This document shows positions 38,525 to 47,115 of a stretch of DNA of 64,000 nt, one piece after another; the stretch's first letter is position 1; every line of letters starts with the position of its first letter. The notes beneath the pieces are model-generated. The model ran no database searches, had not been told where the DNA came from, and saw only the letters and a program-made list of their open reading frames with translations. The position numbers were made by a program, and so were the translations under genes. Origin of the DNA: Candidatus Kerfeldbacteria bacterium (GTDB lineage: Bacteria; Patescibacteriota; Patescibacteriia; SBBC01; CAIJZX01); NCBI GenBank assembly GCA_016193315.1, contig JACPSJ010000004.1, forward strand, positions 1,708-65,707. The letters run 5' to 3'.

Positions 38525-38911
38525 TTAGCGATAAACTATTTCAACGACTATCTTGTCAGGGTCTTCGAAATAAAGGGCATAGTAATTCTTAGAATATTGT
38601 GGAAACCTCTTGGGGCCGCCGTAAAGATAAGATAGTTTATGCTTCAAAACAAACTTCTGTAAGAAGGCATCAACTTGCTTAGCGCTCGAAACCCTAAGCG
38701 CCAGATGATGTAGCCCCTTGCCACGTCGGCGATACCTTTGACCTCTAAATTTCTTATCGATTTGAAAAATCCACAGGTCGATCGTTCCGGCATTGACCCC
38801 GAACCATGTCCGACCCGAATCGATTGTTTTGAATTGCAAAAACTTGCATAGTTTTCTGTAAAACTTAAGATCAGAAGTGTTGAGTTGAAGGTGATACGCG
38901 CTGGCTTTCAT
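38525..38911 (-). CDS. VOC/glyoxalase family protein
   Basis: YHLQLN, GLHHLAL, YYALYFEDPD; AT-richer than neighbours. Confidence 0.88.
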   Translation of the reverse strand: MKASAYHLQLNTSDLKFYRKLCKFLQFKTIDSGRTWFGVNAGTIDLWIFQIDKKFRGQRYRRRGKGLHHLALRVSSAKQVDAFLQKFVLKHKLSYLYGGPKRFPQYSKNYYALYFEDPDKIVVEIVYR

Positions 38912-39534
38912 CCTTCTTTTAGCAGAAACTTTTCTCGTACTGATTTTTGGATCTTATCGCGCCAGCCACGATCGTCGATTTTTTTTATCAGCATACTTAA
39001 AAACCCTTGCACAATCATACGCTCCGCCTGCTCTTCCGACAACCCCCGCGACATCAAATAAAACTTCTGTTCCGGATCGACCGGCTTGGCGGTGGCGCCA
39101 TGCGAGGCTTTCACCTCATTGGCCTCAATCTCCAGGCCGGGAACGGCGTTGGCTTTAGCGTCGGAAGAAAGCAGGAGCGAATCTTGCTGTAGGAAATCAT
39201 TACTGCCTTGTGCGCCTTTGAGGATTTTGATCATCCCGTTGAACTCCAGCTGCGCCCGGTCGGCCAAGACCGCTCGAAACTCGGTTCGGCCGCGAGTGCG
39301 CGGCGCGGCGTGAGTCGTGTCGAGCTTGAGATTGAGAACATCATCACCATGACCCAGGAACAGCCCGATAATTTCCGCTTCCGCGCCCTCGCCAGCCAAG
39401 ACAATTTCGCGCTGGCGGGGTTCGGCTACCGATCCCAAGATTGGCACGATGTAGGTGATCTTCTGGCCGGCCTCAACTGTGACCCGTTCAGAGGGCTCGA
39501 TCAACGTGTCGGTAATTGTCTGTCTCTTATTCAT
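38908..39534 (-). CDS. sufD: SufD family protein (short form)
   Basis: FNGMIKI, LLLSSDAKANAVPGLEI, ASHGAT, FYLMSRGL. Confidence 0.9.
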   Translation of the reverse strand: MNKRQTITDTLIEPSERVTVEAGQKITYIVPILGSVAEPRQREIVLAGEGAEAEIIGLFLGHGDDVLNLKLDTTHAAPRTRGRTEFRAVLADRAQLEFNGMIKILKGAQGSNDFLQQDSLLLSSDAKANAVPGLEIEANEVKASHGATAKPVDPEQKFYLMSRGLSEEQAERMIVQGFLSMLIKKIDDRGWRDKIQKSVREKFLLKEG

Positions 39535-39544
39535 CCCCGATGGT

Positions 39545-39640
39545 TCCAGAGACCCCTCGCCCGCGGCTCGGGGAAACGTATTCCTGAACGCAGCGGAGTC
39601 GCGTCGGACGCGGCGGAGCGGAGTGAAGGATCTCTGGTGC
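39545..39640. repeat. REP-like palindromic element (tattcctga..gaaggatctctgg family)
   Basis: Related copies at 42568-42597 and ~62597-62617. Confidence 0.65.
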
Positions 39641-39670
39641 CAGAAGGCTCCTTAGTGTATGAGGGATAAA

Positions 39671-39765
39671 TCACCATTCAATATCACCGACCAAGACAAT
39701 TTCCCGCTGCCGCGGCCCTCTAGGATATCGACATATCCCTGTCGGGTAGTGATTGTTAGTTCCAT
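39671..39765 (-). pseudogene. Remnant of a previous sufD 5' region
   Basis: 39691-39715 matches sufD 39396-39420 at 22/25 nt (PRQREIVL). Confidence 0.6.
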
Positions 39766-39767
39766 AA

Positions 39768-40199
39768 TCACAGATGTTCAGCCAGTGGTTTGTCGTGCCG
39801 CAGCCTGGAAAAGAATGTTCTGGCTTCTTGCATTCGGTCTTCTTCCCGGTTGCGAACCTTATTGGTAATGAATTGGAATTTCTTCGTCTGGCCGGCAAAG
39901 CCCGCATCCCCTGCAGTCGGCAGTGATTCCTGGTAGCGTTTGATAAAATCGGCCTCTTCCTGGCTGACAAAGATACCCAATGACGTATAAGCCAGCCTCA
40001 GCCGGTCCATGATTTCCAGTCCTAACTTTTTTTCTACCTTCAGCCAGGTGGCAAAGACCTTGATGGCTTCCTTGATTATCGCTTCCGGATACGGTAATAA
40101 CTTGGATGGAAATACCATTCCATATTTCTTTTTTTCTGAATTTAACACCGCATCGTATTCCTTATAGATTTGTTCGGCTTCTGTGTGCTGCATGGTCAA
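39768..40199 (-). CDS. Hypothetical protein
   Basis: 143-aa AT-rich ORF in operon orientation. Confidence 0.7.
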   Translation of the reverse strand: MTMQHTEAEQIYKEYDAVLNSEKKKYGMVFPSKLLPYPEAIIKEAIKVFATWLKVEKKLGLEIMDRLRLAYTSLGIFVSQEEADFIKRYQESLPTAGDAGFAGQTKKFQFITNKVRNREEDRMQEARTFFSRLRHDKPLAEHL

Positions 40200-40225
40200 A
40201 AATCCTGAGTTATTGATTTGAAATA

Positions 40226-40654
40226 TTAATTGTCGGATGAGCGGGCGTGTTCATGAGACTTTGTCACCTCTTGACGAATCAGCCCGCTCATGTGGTCTAA
40301 CGCTTCCGGTTTGGCTACCTTCACGCGATCCGGATCTAATTCACGCCGACCGTGTAGCGGCACGACATGCAAATGCGCATGCCGTACTCCCAGGCCCTCA
40401 ACCACCAACCCGATTCTGATCGCTCCCGAGACTCGCCGCAGGACCGGCTCAAGTCTCCGCGCTCGCTCAAACAAGCCGTTGTAATCTGCGATACTCATGT
40501 CGTAGATCGAGTCGGCGTGATTTTTGGGAATAATCAGCAAATGCCCAGCGTTGAGAGGCTGGCGATCAAGAAACGCCGTAAACCGGTCATCTTCCCATAT
40601 GTGGTATCGATGATCTTCACCAGACGCAATCCGGCAAAAGGGGCATTCCTTCAT
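40226..40654 (-). CDS. HIT family hydrolase
   Basis: CPFCRI, GHLLIIPK, HAHLHVVP. Confidence 0.93.
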   Translation of the reverse strand: MKECPFCRIASGEDHRYHIWEDDRFTAFLDRQPLNAGHLLIIPKNHADSIYDMSIADYNGLFERARRLEPVLRRVSGAIRIGLVVEGLGVRHAHLHVVPLHGRRELDPDRVKVAKPEALDHMSGLIRQEVTKSHEHARSSDN

Positions 40655-41160
40655 CCCACGCTCCCCGGCTCAGTTTCTTCTTCTTGGAAGTAGGCGGCTT
40701 GTTTGCTTTGAATTGCCCGCAGCAGGATTGTGAGGCGCGGTCCGAATTGCTTGACCGTGAGCTTCGGTACCTCGTCGACCGAGACGAACTGGTACGAATC
40801 TAGTTCATCGGCTTGAAGATCTAGTTTGATGTCGTCTGGTAATGTTCCGCCGTAGAAGAAGAAATGCATCACGTCATCGTTATCGGTTGGGCGTGGTGCG
40901 TGCACAACACCGATAAACTCGGGTTTCTCGATTCTTAGTCCGATCTCTTCCCGTGTCTCTCGAATGCACCCGTCTCGAGGTGACTCATATTGACCAACCA
41001 CTCCGCCCGGGATAACCCAGACTTTCTTGTACGAAGGCTTCACGAGCAGCACTTCGTTCCTACTATTCAGAAATACCATTCCTGCCGAAATCCGTTTCTT
41101 CGGCATTCGACGTAAATATTCCTCACGCGGCAGCCAGTCTTTATCACCGGGTTTGCTCAT
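40651..41160 (-). CDS. NUDIX hydrolase
   Basis: PGGVVGQYESPRDGCIRETREEIG. Confidence 0.92.
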   Translation of the reverse strand: MSKPGDKDWLPREEYLRRMPKKRISAGMVFLNSRNEVLLVKPSYKKVWVIPGGVVGQYESPRDGCIRETREEIGLRIEKPEFIGVVHAPRPTDNDDVMHFFFYGGTLPDDIKLDLQADELDSYQFVSVDEVPKLTVKQFGPRLTILLRAIQSKQAAYFQEEETEPGSVG

Positions 41161-42566
41161 CCAACCGACCCCTCCATCTCCAACTGAATTAACTTATTCA
41201 ATTCCACCGCATACTCCAATGGTAATTCCCTGACAATCGGCTCAATAAACCCGCTGACAATCAACCCCGTCGCCGTCGGCTCATCAAGACCACGCGACAT
41301 CAGATAGAATAACTGCTCCTCACCCACTTTGGACACCGTGGCTTCATGGCCCAGGCTGACGTCTTTGGCTTTGATTTTCATGGTCGGATAGGTGTCTGAA
41401 CGTGACTGCGGATCAAGGATCAGGGCATCACAGCGGACGTTGGACTTAGAGAAACGTGCTTCCGGTCGAATATCAATGAGCCCGCGATACGACGTCCGAC
41501 CGCCATCTTTGGAAATAGACTTCGAGGTAATGATTGACGACGTTTCCGGAGCGAAATGAAGCGCCTTACCGCCGGCATCTTGGTGCTGCCCCTGACCGGC
41601 AAACGCGATCGACAGCACTTCGCCATGCGCTTTCCGGCCGACCAGATAGACCGACGGATATTTCATCGTCACCCGCGAACCTAAATTGCCGTCGATCCAT
41701 TCCATCGTCCCCTCCTCGTGGACCTGTGCCCGCTTGGTCACGAGATTGTAGACGTCTTTCGACCAGTTTTGAATGGTCGTATATCGTACCCGCGCGCCGG
41801 GTTTGACGAAAATCTCGACCACCGCCGCGTGCAATGAATCGCTGGCATACACCGGCGCCGTGCAGCCCTCAACGTAATGGACAAAGCTGCCTTCCTCGAC
41901 GACGATCAGCGTTCGCTCGAACTGGCCCATGTTTTTGGCGTTGATGCGGAAGTACGCTTGGAGCGGCATTTCAACTTTCACCCCTTTCGGCACATAGACG
42001 AACGACCCGCCAGACCAGACCGCACTGTTCAGAGCAGCAAACTTGTTATCGTGCGGCGGAATCAACGTGCCTAAGTACTGCTTCACAATTTCTGGATATT
42101 CACGCAGTCCGGAATCCATGTCGGTAAAGACTACGCCCTGCTTCTCTAATGAACTAATTAACGAATGATAAATAACCTCGCTATCATACTGGGCCCCAAC
42201 CCCGGCCAAAAACTTCTTTTCCGCTGCTGGGATGCCTAGCCGATCAAACGTTTTTTTCATCGAATCCGGCACATCGTTCCATGTCCGCCCCTGTTCTTTC
42301 ACCGGCTTCAGGTAGTAGTAAATATCGTCGAACAAAATCTCATTCAAATTCGCCCCCCACTGCGGCATCGGTTTTTGGAGAAACGTTTGGTAGGCCCGCA
42401 AACGAAACTCCGTCATCCACTTCGGCTCGCGTTTGTGTTTCGATATTTGTCCGACCACGGCCGCTGACAATCCCTTGCCCGTCTTAAACACCCCCTCTTC
42501 GGGCATGCTAAATCCAAAACGGTAGGTGTCGAGCGTTTGCGTGGCTTGTTGAGCTTTGAGGGTCAT
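41157..42566 (-). CDS. sufB: Fe-S cluster assembly protein SufB
   Basis: AVWSGGSF, GQFERTLI, YVEGCTAP, TMKYPS, GHEATVSK, LEMEGSVG. Confidence 0.98.
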   Translation of the reverse strand: MTLKAQQATQTLDTYRFGFSMPEEGVFKTGKGLSAAVVGQISKHKREPKWMTEFRLRAYQTFLQKPMPQWGANLNEILFDDIYYYLKPVKEQGRTWNDVPDSMKKTFDRLGIPAAEKKFLAGVGAQYDSEVIYHSLISSLEKQGVVFTDMDSGLREYPEIVKQYLGTLIPPHDNKFAALNSAVWSGGSFVYVPKGVKVEMPLQAYFRINAKNMGQFERTLIVVEEGSFVHYVEGCTAPVYASDSLHAAVVEIFVKPGARVRYTTIQNWSKDVYNLVTKRAQVHEEGTMEWIDGNLGSRVTMKYPSVYLVGRKAHGEVLSIAFAGQGQHQDAGGKALHFAPETSSIITSKSISKDGGRTSYRGLIDIRPEARFSKSNVRCDALILDPQSRSDTYPTMKIKAKDVSLGHEATVSKVGEEQLFYLMSRGLDEPTATGLIVSGFIEPIVRELPLEYAVELNKLIQLEMEGSVG

Positions 42567-42629
42567 GTATTCCTGAGCGTGAGCGAAGGATCTCTGGAAA
42601 CGTAAACGCGGATTGTTGGCAAGCGTCCT

Positions 42630-42680
42630 TTAGCCACCGGCATATCCGGTTTTTTCTAATTCCACCGCCAACTCCGGTCC
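42630..42680 (-). pseudogene. Remnant of a previous sufC 3' end
   Basis: Reads GPELAVELEKTGYAGG* versus sufC C-terminus GPDLAVQLEKSGY. Confidence 0.72.
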
Positions 42681-42738
42681 GTCCCCTCCTCTGATGAGGC
42701 GGGGTGGCCCGACGCGCTTCGCCGTCGGGACAGGGTGG

Positions 42739-43476
42739 TCAAGAAACACGGGTTGGCTCATACCCACTTTTTTCTAATTGTACGGCAAGATCAGGTCCTC
42801 CCCTCTTCACAATACGACCCCCCACCAACACCTGCACCACGTCCGGCTTGACGTAATCCAGCAACCGCTGATAGTGCGTGATGATCAAAAAACCGCGGTC
42901 CGGCGAGCGCATGGCATTGACCCCTTTGGCCACGATTCTAAGCGCATCAATATCCAGTCCCGAATCCGTCTCGTCGAGAATGCACATCGACGGCTGGAGA
43001 ACCATCAGCTGCAGAATTTCCGCCCGCTTTTTTTCGCCGCCGGAAAAACCTTCATTGATGCCGCGAGTGATGAAATCTTCGTTCATCCCCATGGCGCTCG
43101 TTTTCTGTTTCATCAACTCGAAAAACTCCGGCACCGGCATTGATTCTCGGCGCCGAGCATTCATCGCCGTCCGCAAGAAGTTTCCCATTGACACTCCCGC
43201 CACTTCTTGCGGGTATTGGAACGAAAGGAACAAGCCGAGTTTCGATCGCTCATCTGGTTTGAGACTCAAGACATTATGACCTTTATACCGAATACTTCCT
43301 CCTGTTACCTGGTACTTCGGGTGGCCCATCAATGCGGCGGCCAAGGTTGACTTTCCTGATCCGTTCGGGCCCATGATGGCGTGGACCTCGCCCTGAGAGA
43401 CGCGAAGGCTCAGGCCACTGAGTATTTCTTTCCCTTCAACTTTCACCCGAAGATCATGAATGTCCAACGTCTTCAT
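42739..43476 (-). CDS. sufC: Fe-S cluster assembly ATPase SufC
   Basis: GPNGSGKST, FSGGEKKRAEILQ, LDETDSGLD; ATG 43476 overlaps the upstream stop (ATGA). Confidence 0.97.
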   Translation of the reverse strand: MKTLDIHDLRVKVEGKEILSGLSLRVSQGEVHAIMGPNGSGKSTLAAALMGHPKYQVTGGSIRYKGHNVLSLKPDERSKLGLFLSFQYPQEVAGVSMGNFLRTAMNARRRESMPVPEFFELMKQKTSAMGMNEDFITRGINEGFSGGEKKRAEILQLMVLQPSMCILDETDSGLDIDALRIVAKGVNAMRSPDRGFLIITHYQRLLDYVKPDVVQVLVGGRIVKRGGPDLAVQLEKSGYEPTRVS

Positions 43477-43958
43477 GTTGTTGAAAGTTCCTGCTGGAGA
43501 TGCTGAATGACGGGCCAAGCCACGGGGTGAAACTTTTCAGGCCCCAATGATACGAATAATTCCCAGTGTGGGTGTTTAGCCTCACGGTCATTGGTCACAT
43601 GACCTACCGGGATTTTTTGGTTAGTCACTCGAAAAAGATGGAACTCATTCCGGCAGTGATAAACTTTACCTGAAGGATTGTATAGAAAATAATATTCGTT
43701 CCGGTCGAAATTCTCTCCACTTCCTATCCGTAATCCTGCTTCCTCTTGAACCTCTCGCCTGGCGGCCTGCAAAGCGTCCTCTCCATCCTCGACCTTACCG
43801 CCGGGAAACCAAAGGAGTCCGGTGCTCTTTGTCGTCATCAGTAAAATCTGGTCTTTCTGTAGCACTAAAGCGTACGCTCCGCGACGCTCGATAGTTTTGA
43901 TAGGATCTACGTGAATTTTCCTGCCGAAAATGTCGTAGCCTTCAGTTGTGGTGCTCAT
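43473..43958 (-). CDS. NUDIX hydrolase
   Basis: PGGKVEDGEDALQAARREVQEEAG. Confidence 0.92.
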   Translation of the reverse strand: MSTTTEGYDIFGRKIHVDPIKTIERRGAYALVLQKDQILLMTTKSTGLLWFPGGKVEDGEDALQAARREVQEEAGLRIGSGENFDRNEYYFLYNPSGKVYHCRNEFHLFRVTNQKIPVGHVTNDREAKHPHWELFVSLGPEKFHPVAWPVIQHLQQELSTT

Positions 43959-43977
43959 AACTTGTAGTTAGGGTCAC

Positions 43978-44433
43978 TCATTCCTTCACCGCCCGCACAT
44001 CGGCCTTGATGTTCCGCTCATTGCCGTCGAACCACATTTCGGCTTCGAACTTCTGCCCGGAGATGACATAGGGCAACCACTGATCATCGCCACTCCACAT
44101 CTGGGCATAGGGGATCTGATCGACGGGAAACCACTGGGGTTTCATTTCGTCAGTCTCCACCGGCTGGCCTTCGAACTCCTCCGTGCGAAAGACCGTCACT
44201 TTCCAGTCCCCGACTTTCGAATCATGGTACAAAATCGTGCCCAGGGATTTGTCGAGCGTGGGCGTCAACCCAATTTCTTCTTTCGTCTCACGGATTCCGG
44301 CCAGGCGGGCGTTCTCGCCAAACTCAACCTTGCCGCCGGTCCCGTTCCACCGCCCAACGCCAAAGCCGCGCTTCTTCATGGCCAACAGAATGTGCGCCCC
44401 TTTCAGGATATAGACGAGCACCCCGTTGGTCAT
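43978..44433 (-). CDS. MTH1-like 8-oxo-dGTP diphosphatase (NUDIX)
   Basis: LLAMKKRGFGVGRWNGTGGKVE, ETDEMKPQWF, IPYAQMWSGD. Confidence 0.9.
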   Translation of the reverse strand: MTNGVLVYILKGAHILLAMKKRGFGVGRWNGTGGKVEFGENARLAGIRETKEEIGLTPTLDKSLGTILYHDSKVGDWKVTVFRTEEFEGQPVETDEMKPQWFPVDQIPYAQMWSGDDQWLPYVISGQKFEAEMWFDGNERNIKADVRAVKE

Positions 44434-44831
44434 GCGAGCGAGCGCTTCAATTGCCGCTGGCAGTCACGGCACAATCCTTGCACCAGCAAGCGCGATGCGA
44501 AAACGTGTTGCCGCGGCCAGGCACGCTGAAGCCAGACCGCCAAGTCGATGTGCTTGAGAACCGAACGGCGGCCACAGCGCTGGCAGCGGAATGTTTGCTC
44601 GTGGAAAGCGTGACCAAAGTATTGCCGGATGCCGTCGTCGCCCTCCACCACCACTACCTCGCCGCGATCGCCTAAGAGCTTCAAGTTCCGGTAGACGGTC
44701 GCTTGACCGATGGTTGGCTGAAGTTGCTGCACGCGGGTAAAAACCTGTTCGGCGGTTAAGCCCGCGGCGGCGCTTTTGACGATCCACAGGACAAGTTGGC
44801 GCTGCTTGGTATGTCGGGAAGACGAGATCAC
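44430..44831 (-). CDS. Fur/PerR family regulator
   Basis: TKQRQLVL, IGQATVYRNL, CxxC...CxxC. Confidence 0.9.
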   Translation of the reverse strand: MISSSRHTKQRQLVLWIVKSAAAGLTAEQVFTRVQQLQPTIGQATVYRNLKLLGDRGEVVVVEGDDGIRQYFGHAFHEQTFRCQRCGRRSVLKHIDLAVWLQRAWPRQHVFASRLLVQGLCRDCQRQLKRSLA

Positions 44832-44834
44832 TGT

Positions 44835-44890
44835 TGAGAGTCGTTCTCAGTAGTGTTTCCATTCTATCCCACGTCCTTGGTCGCCGTCAA
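44835..44890 (-). promoter_or_regulatory. Promoter and Fur-box-like operator of the fur-SUF operon
   Basis: TTGACG-18-TAGAAT (44890-44861); palindrome TGAGA-N5-TCTCA at 44835-44849. Confidence 0.55.
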
Positions 44891-44960
44891 CTGAAGAGCT
44901 TGGATAAAACTAAAAAGCGCCGTGGTTGCCAACACGCTTCATCATGGCGGGTTTATGGCT

Positions 44961-45098
44961 CTATTTGGCCGGGCCGGAAAAAAGATACATCCAGCCAAGG
45001 ATGGCCGCCACGATAACCCCGACAGACAGCACCAGGAAGGTTGTCACCGCCGTTCGGCGTTTCGTCTCGACAGTCGTGGCGGTTCGTTTCTCGGGCAT
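44961..45098 (-). CDS. 45-aa single-TM small protein (not in ORF track)
   Basis: MPEKRTATTVETKRRTAVTTFLVLSVGVIVAAILGWMYLFSGPAK*; TATAGT -10-like element just upstream. Confidence 0.55.
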   Translation of the reverse strand: MPEKRTATTVETKRRTAVTTFLVLSVGVIVAAILGWMYLFSGPAK

Positions 45099-45155
45099 GA
45101 AGATACTATACCATCAGTCTCGATGCCGTCCAGCTGAAACAGCTCGTCCGGGGCG

Positions 45156-46220
45156 CTATGGCCGCGAGACAACCAACATCACCGGCTGGCCCCTGACCGC
45201 ATCGCGACGGCTCAGCGCTACGCCACGTCCATTAGACACTAGGTCGTGCATGGCCGCCATAATCCGCGTTTCGTCGTAGAGGTAGTTTTCGCCAAAGCGG
45301 GTGCCCGGGTCATTGACGATGAAGCGGCCGTTTTCCGCGTACCCTTTGATAACCACCATGTGATAGATCGGCCCGCCATTACGGAAGTTAGGGTTATTCA
45401 GCAGGCTGCCGGCCAGCGGTACGATAACTGGCTGGCCTTGGTCGAGAAAATCGTGGATTTGCGCAATCGATGGATTCCTGACCAGTTCGACCCGGAGGCC
45501 GTAATTGGCCCGCAGCATGGCGGCGGTCTCGGCCGCCGAGGTATCCTTGTGGTAGCCAAACGTGGCCAGTTCCCACGCTTTCAAACGCTGCAGCGCTTGC
45601 TCGGCATCCGACGGGCCGGCGATCTCCCGTCGCTGGAAGTACCGACCGACCATCAGCACTGAAGCCTCCTCACAAAAATTGTCGTGATCAAAGTCCCAGA
45701 GGCCATGTGGCGCCTGGGCGGTAAACGGCACCGCCAGCCGGTGCGTTGACGCCAGCTCCGCGAGGGCCCGATTACTGATCCCCAGGCCAAGGGCGGTCAT
45801 GATCTGAAAAGCGTCGGCTGGGCGACCGAGAAAGTGACGTTGCAGCGTACCGGGATAGACGTACCACGCTTCACCATTCCGCTCTACCTGGATGAGAACA
45901 CGCCCTGACATGCGGCGTCGCAGGTTAGGATCGCCGGCCTGGCTGCTGCCAGCCACAGGAATCTTCGCCAGGTTAGCATTGCTAATGCCTAAACCATGTT
46001 GCCGCATGATGAAGAACGCGTCGGCCGGGCGACCGAGGTACACGCGGAGCAGCGTATCCGGATGGACGTACCAGGCCTCGCCGTTCCGTTCGACCTGCAG
46101 CACGATCATGCCGCGGACGCGGCTAGCCACGTCCGCTTGGAGATGTCCGGGCCACAGCCACCATGCCGCCAAAAGCAAAAATGGGGCCGCGCCCCACCTG
46201 ATCGACCGCTGACTGCTCAT
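45156..46220 (-). CDS. Secreted C39-like peptidase with two N-terminal QVERNGEAWYV repeats
   Basis: Signal peptide; VPFTAQAP, NFCEEAS, YHMVVIKGY, VNDPGT. Confidence 0.88.
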   Translation of the reverse strand: MSSQRSIRWGAAPFLLLAAWWLWPGHLQADVASRVRGMIVLQVERNGEAWYVHPDTLLRVYLGRPADAFFIMRQHGLGISNANLAKIPVAGSSQAGDPNLRRRMSGRVLIQVERNGEAWYVYPGTLQRHFLGRPADAFQIMTALGLGISNRALAELASTHRLAVPFTAQAPHGLWDFDHDNFCEEASVLMVGRYFQRREIAGPSDAEQALQRLKAWELATFGYHKDTSAAETAAMLRANYGLRVELVRNPSIAQIHDFLDQGQPVIVPLAGSLLNNPNFRNGGPIYHMVVIKGYAENGRFIVNDPGTRFGENYLYDETRIMAAMHDLVSNGRGVALSRRDAVRGQPVMLVVSRP

Positions 46221-46278
46221 CTTCCCCTAAGCATACCACAATCAACGCTAAAAATCAAGCTCGCCGGGACCGTTATAG

Positions 46279-47106
46279 TTATTGTTCCGCGACGATCAAG
46301 ACTACTTTTTGACCGTCCCGAACATCGCCGTTGCGGGGGACGGTCCGATCGCCGCTCGGTACCCAATCATGGATCGCGTTCATGACTACCTCTTGATCAT
46401 AGACGTATTCCTCGCCATTGCGAGTGCCCGGGTCGTTGGTAATAAACTGGCCATCGTCGGTGTAACCACGGATAACTAGCATGTGGTAAATCGGCCCCGG
46501 CGATCGGAAGTTGGGGTTACCAAGTTCGCGGCCAGCGGCCGGGACGATGACCGGCTGGCCGCTGGCCACTGCCCGTTTGATGTCATCGACCGTCGGATTG
46601 GTTATGGCTTCCACCCTGAGTTCGTAAAAATCCACCAGCATCTGAGCTGTTTCGGCGGCGGTCGTGTCATAGTAAAAGCCCAGCTGGTCCAATTCCCAGG
46701 CCTTCAGCTGCTGCAGCGCCGCTTCGGCATCGTCTCGATCGCGGATTGGCCGCCGCTGGAAATACCGTCCGACCATCAGCACGGCCGCTTCTTCGCAGAA
46801 CTCGTTGTGGTCAGTGTCCCAGTTGGCGTGGGGGGCTTGCGAGGTGAACGGAATGGCCAGATTCTTCTCCGCGGGGAAATCTGGAACATGCGCCGATTCA
46901 TTCAGGTTCAGTATCTGGCGGCGGTTGGCGGCGGCATTCAGAGCCGGCGCGGCAATCGATTCAGCAATCTGCTCAGCTGGAGGCAGGCGGCTCTTTTGCC
47001 GGTCCAGTAGCCAGTCTTGAACGCGGCTGGTATGCCAAACTCTCCAGCTCCCATAGCCGAGGCCAGCCACGACAACCAGCCAAACAAACAGTTTCTGAAT
47101 GGTCAC
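46279..47106 (-). CDS. C39-like peptidase (paralog)
   Basis: IPFTSQAP, EFCEEAA, YHMLVIRGY, TNDPGT. Confidence 0.88.
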   Translation of the reverse strand: MTIQKLFVWLVVVAGLGYGSWRVWHTSRVQDWLLDRQKSRLPPAEQIAESIAAPALNAAANRRQILNLNESAHVPDFPAEKNLAIPFTSQAPHANWDTDHNEFCEEAAVLMVGRYFQRRPIRDRDDAEAALQQLKAWELDQLGFYYDTTAAETAQMLVDFYELRVEAITNPTVDDIKRAVASGQPVIVPAAGRELGNPNFRSPGPIYHMLVIRGYTDDGQFITNDPGTRNGEEYVYDQEVVMNAIHDWVPSGDRTVPRNGDVRDGQKVVLIVAEQ

Positions 47107-47115
47107 CGGAACGAC

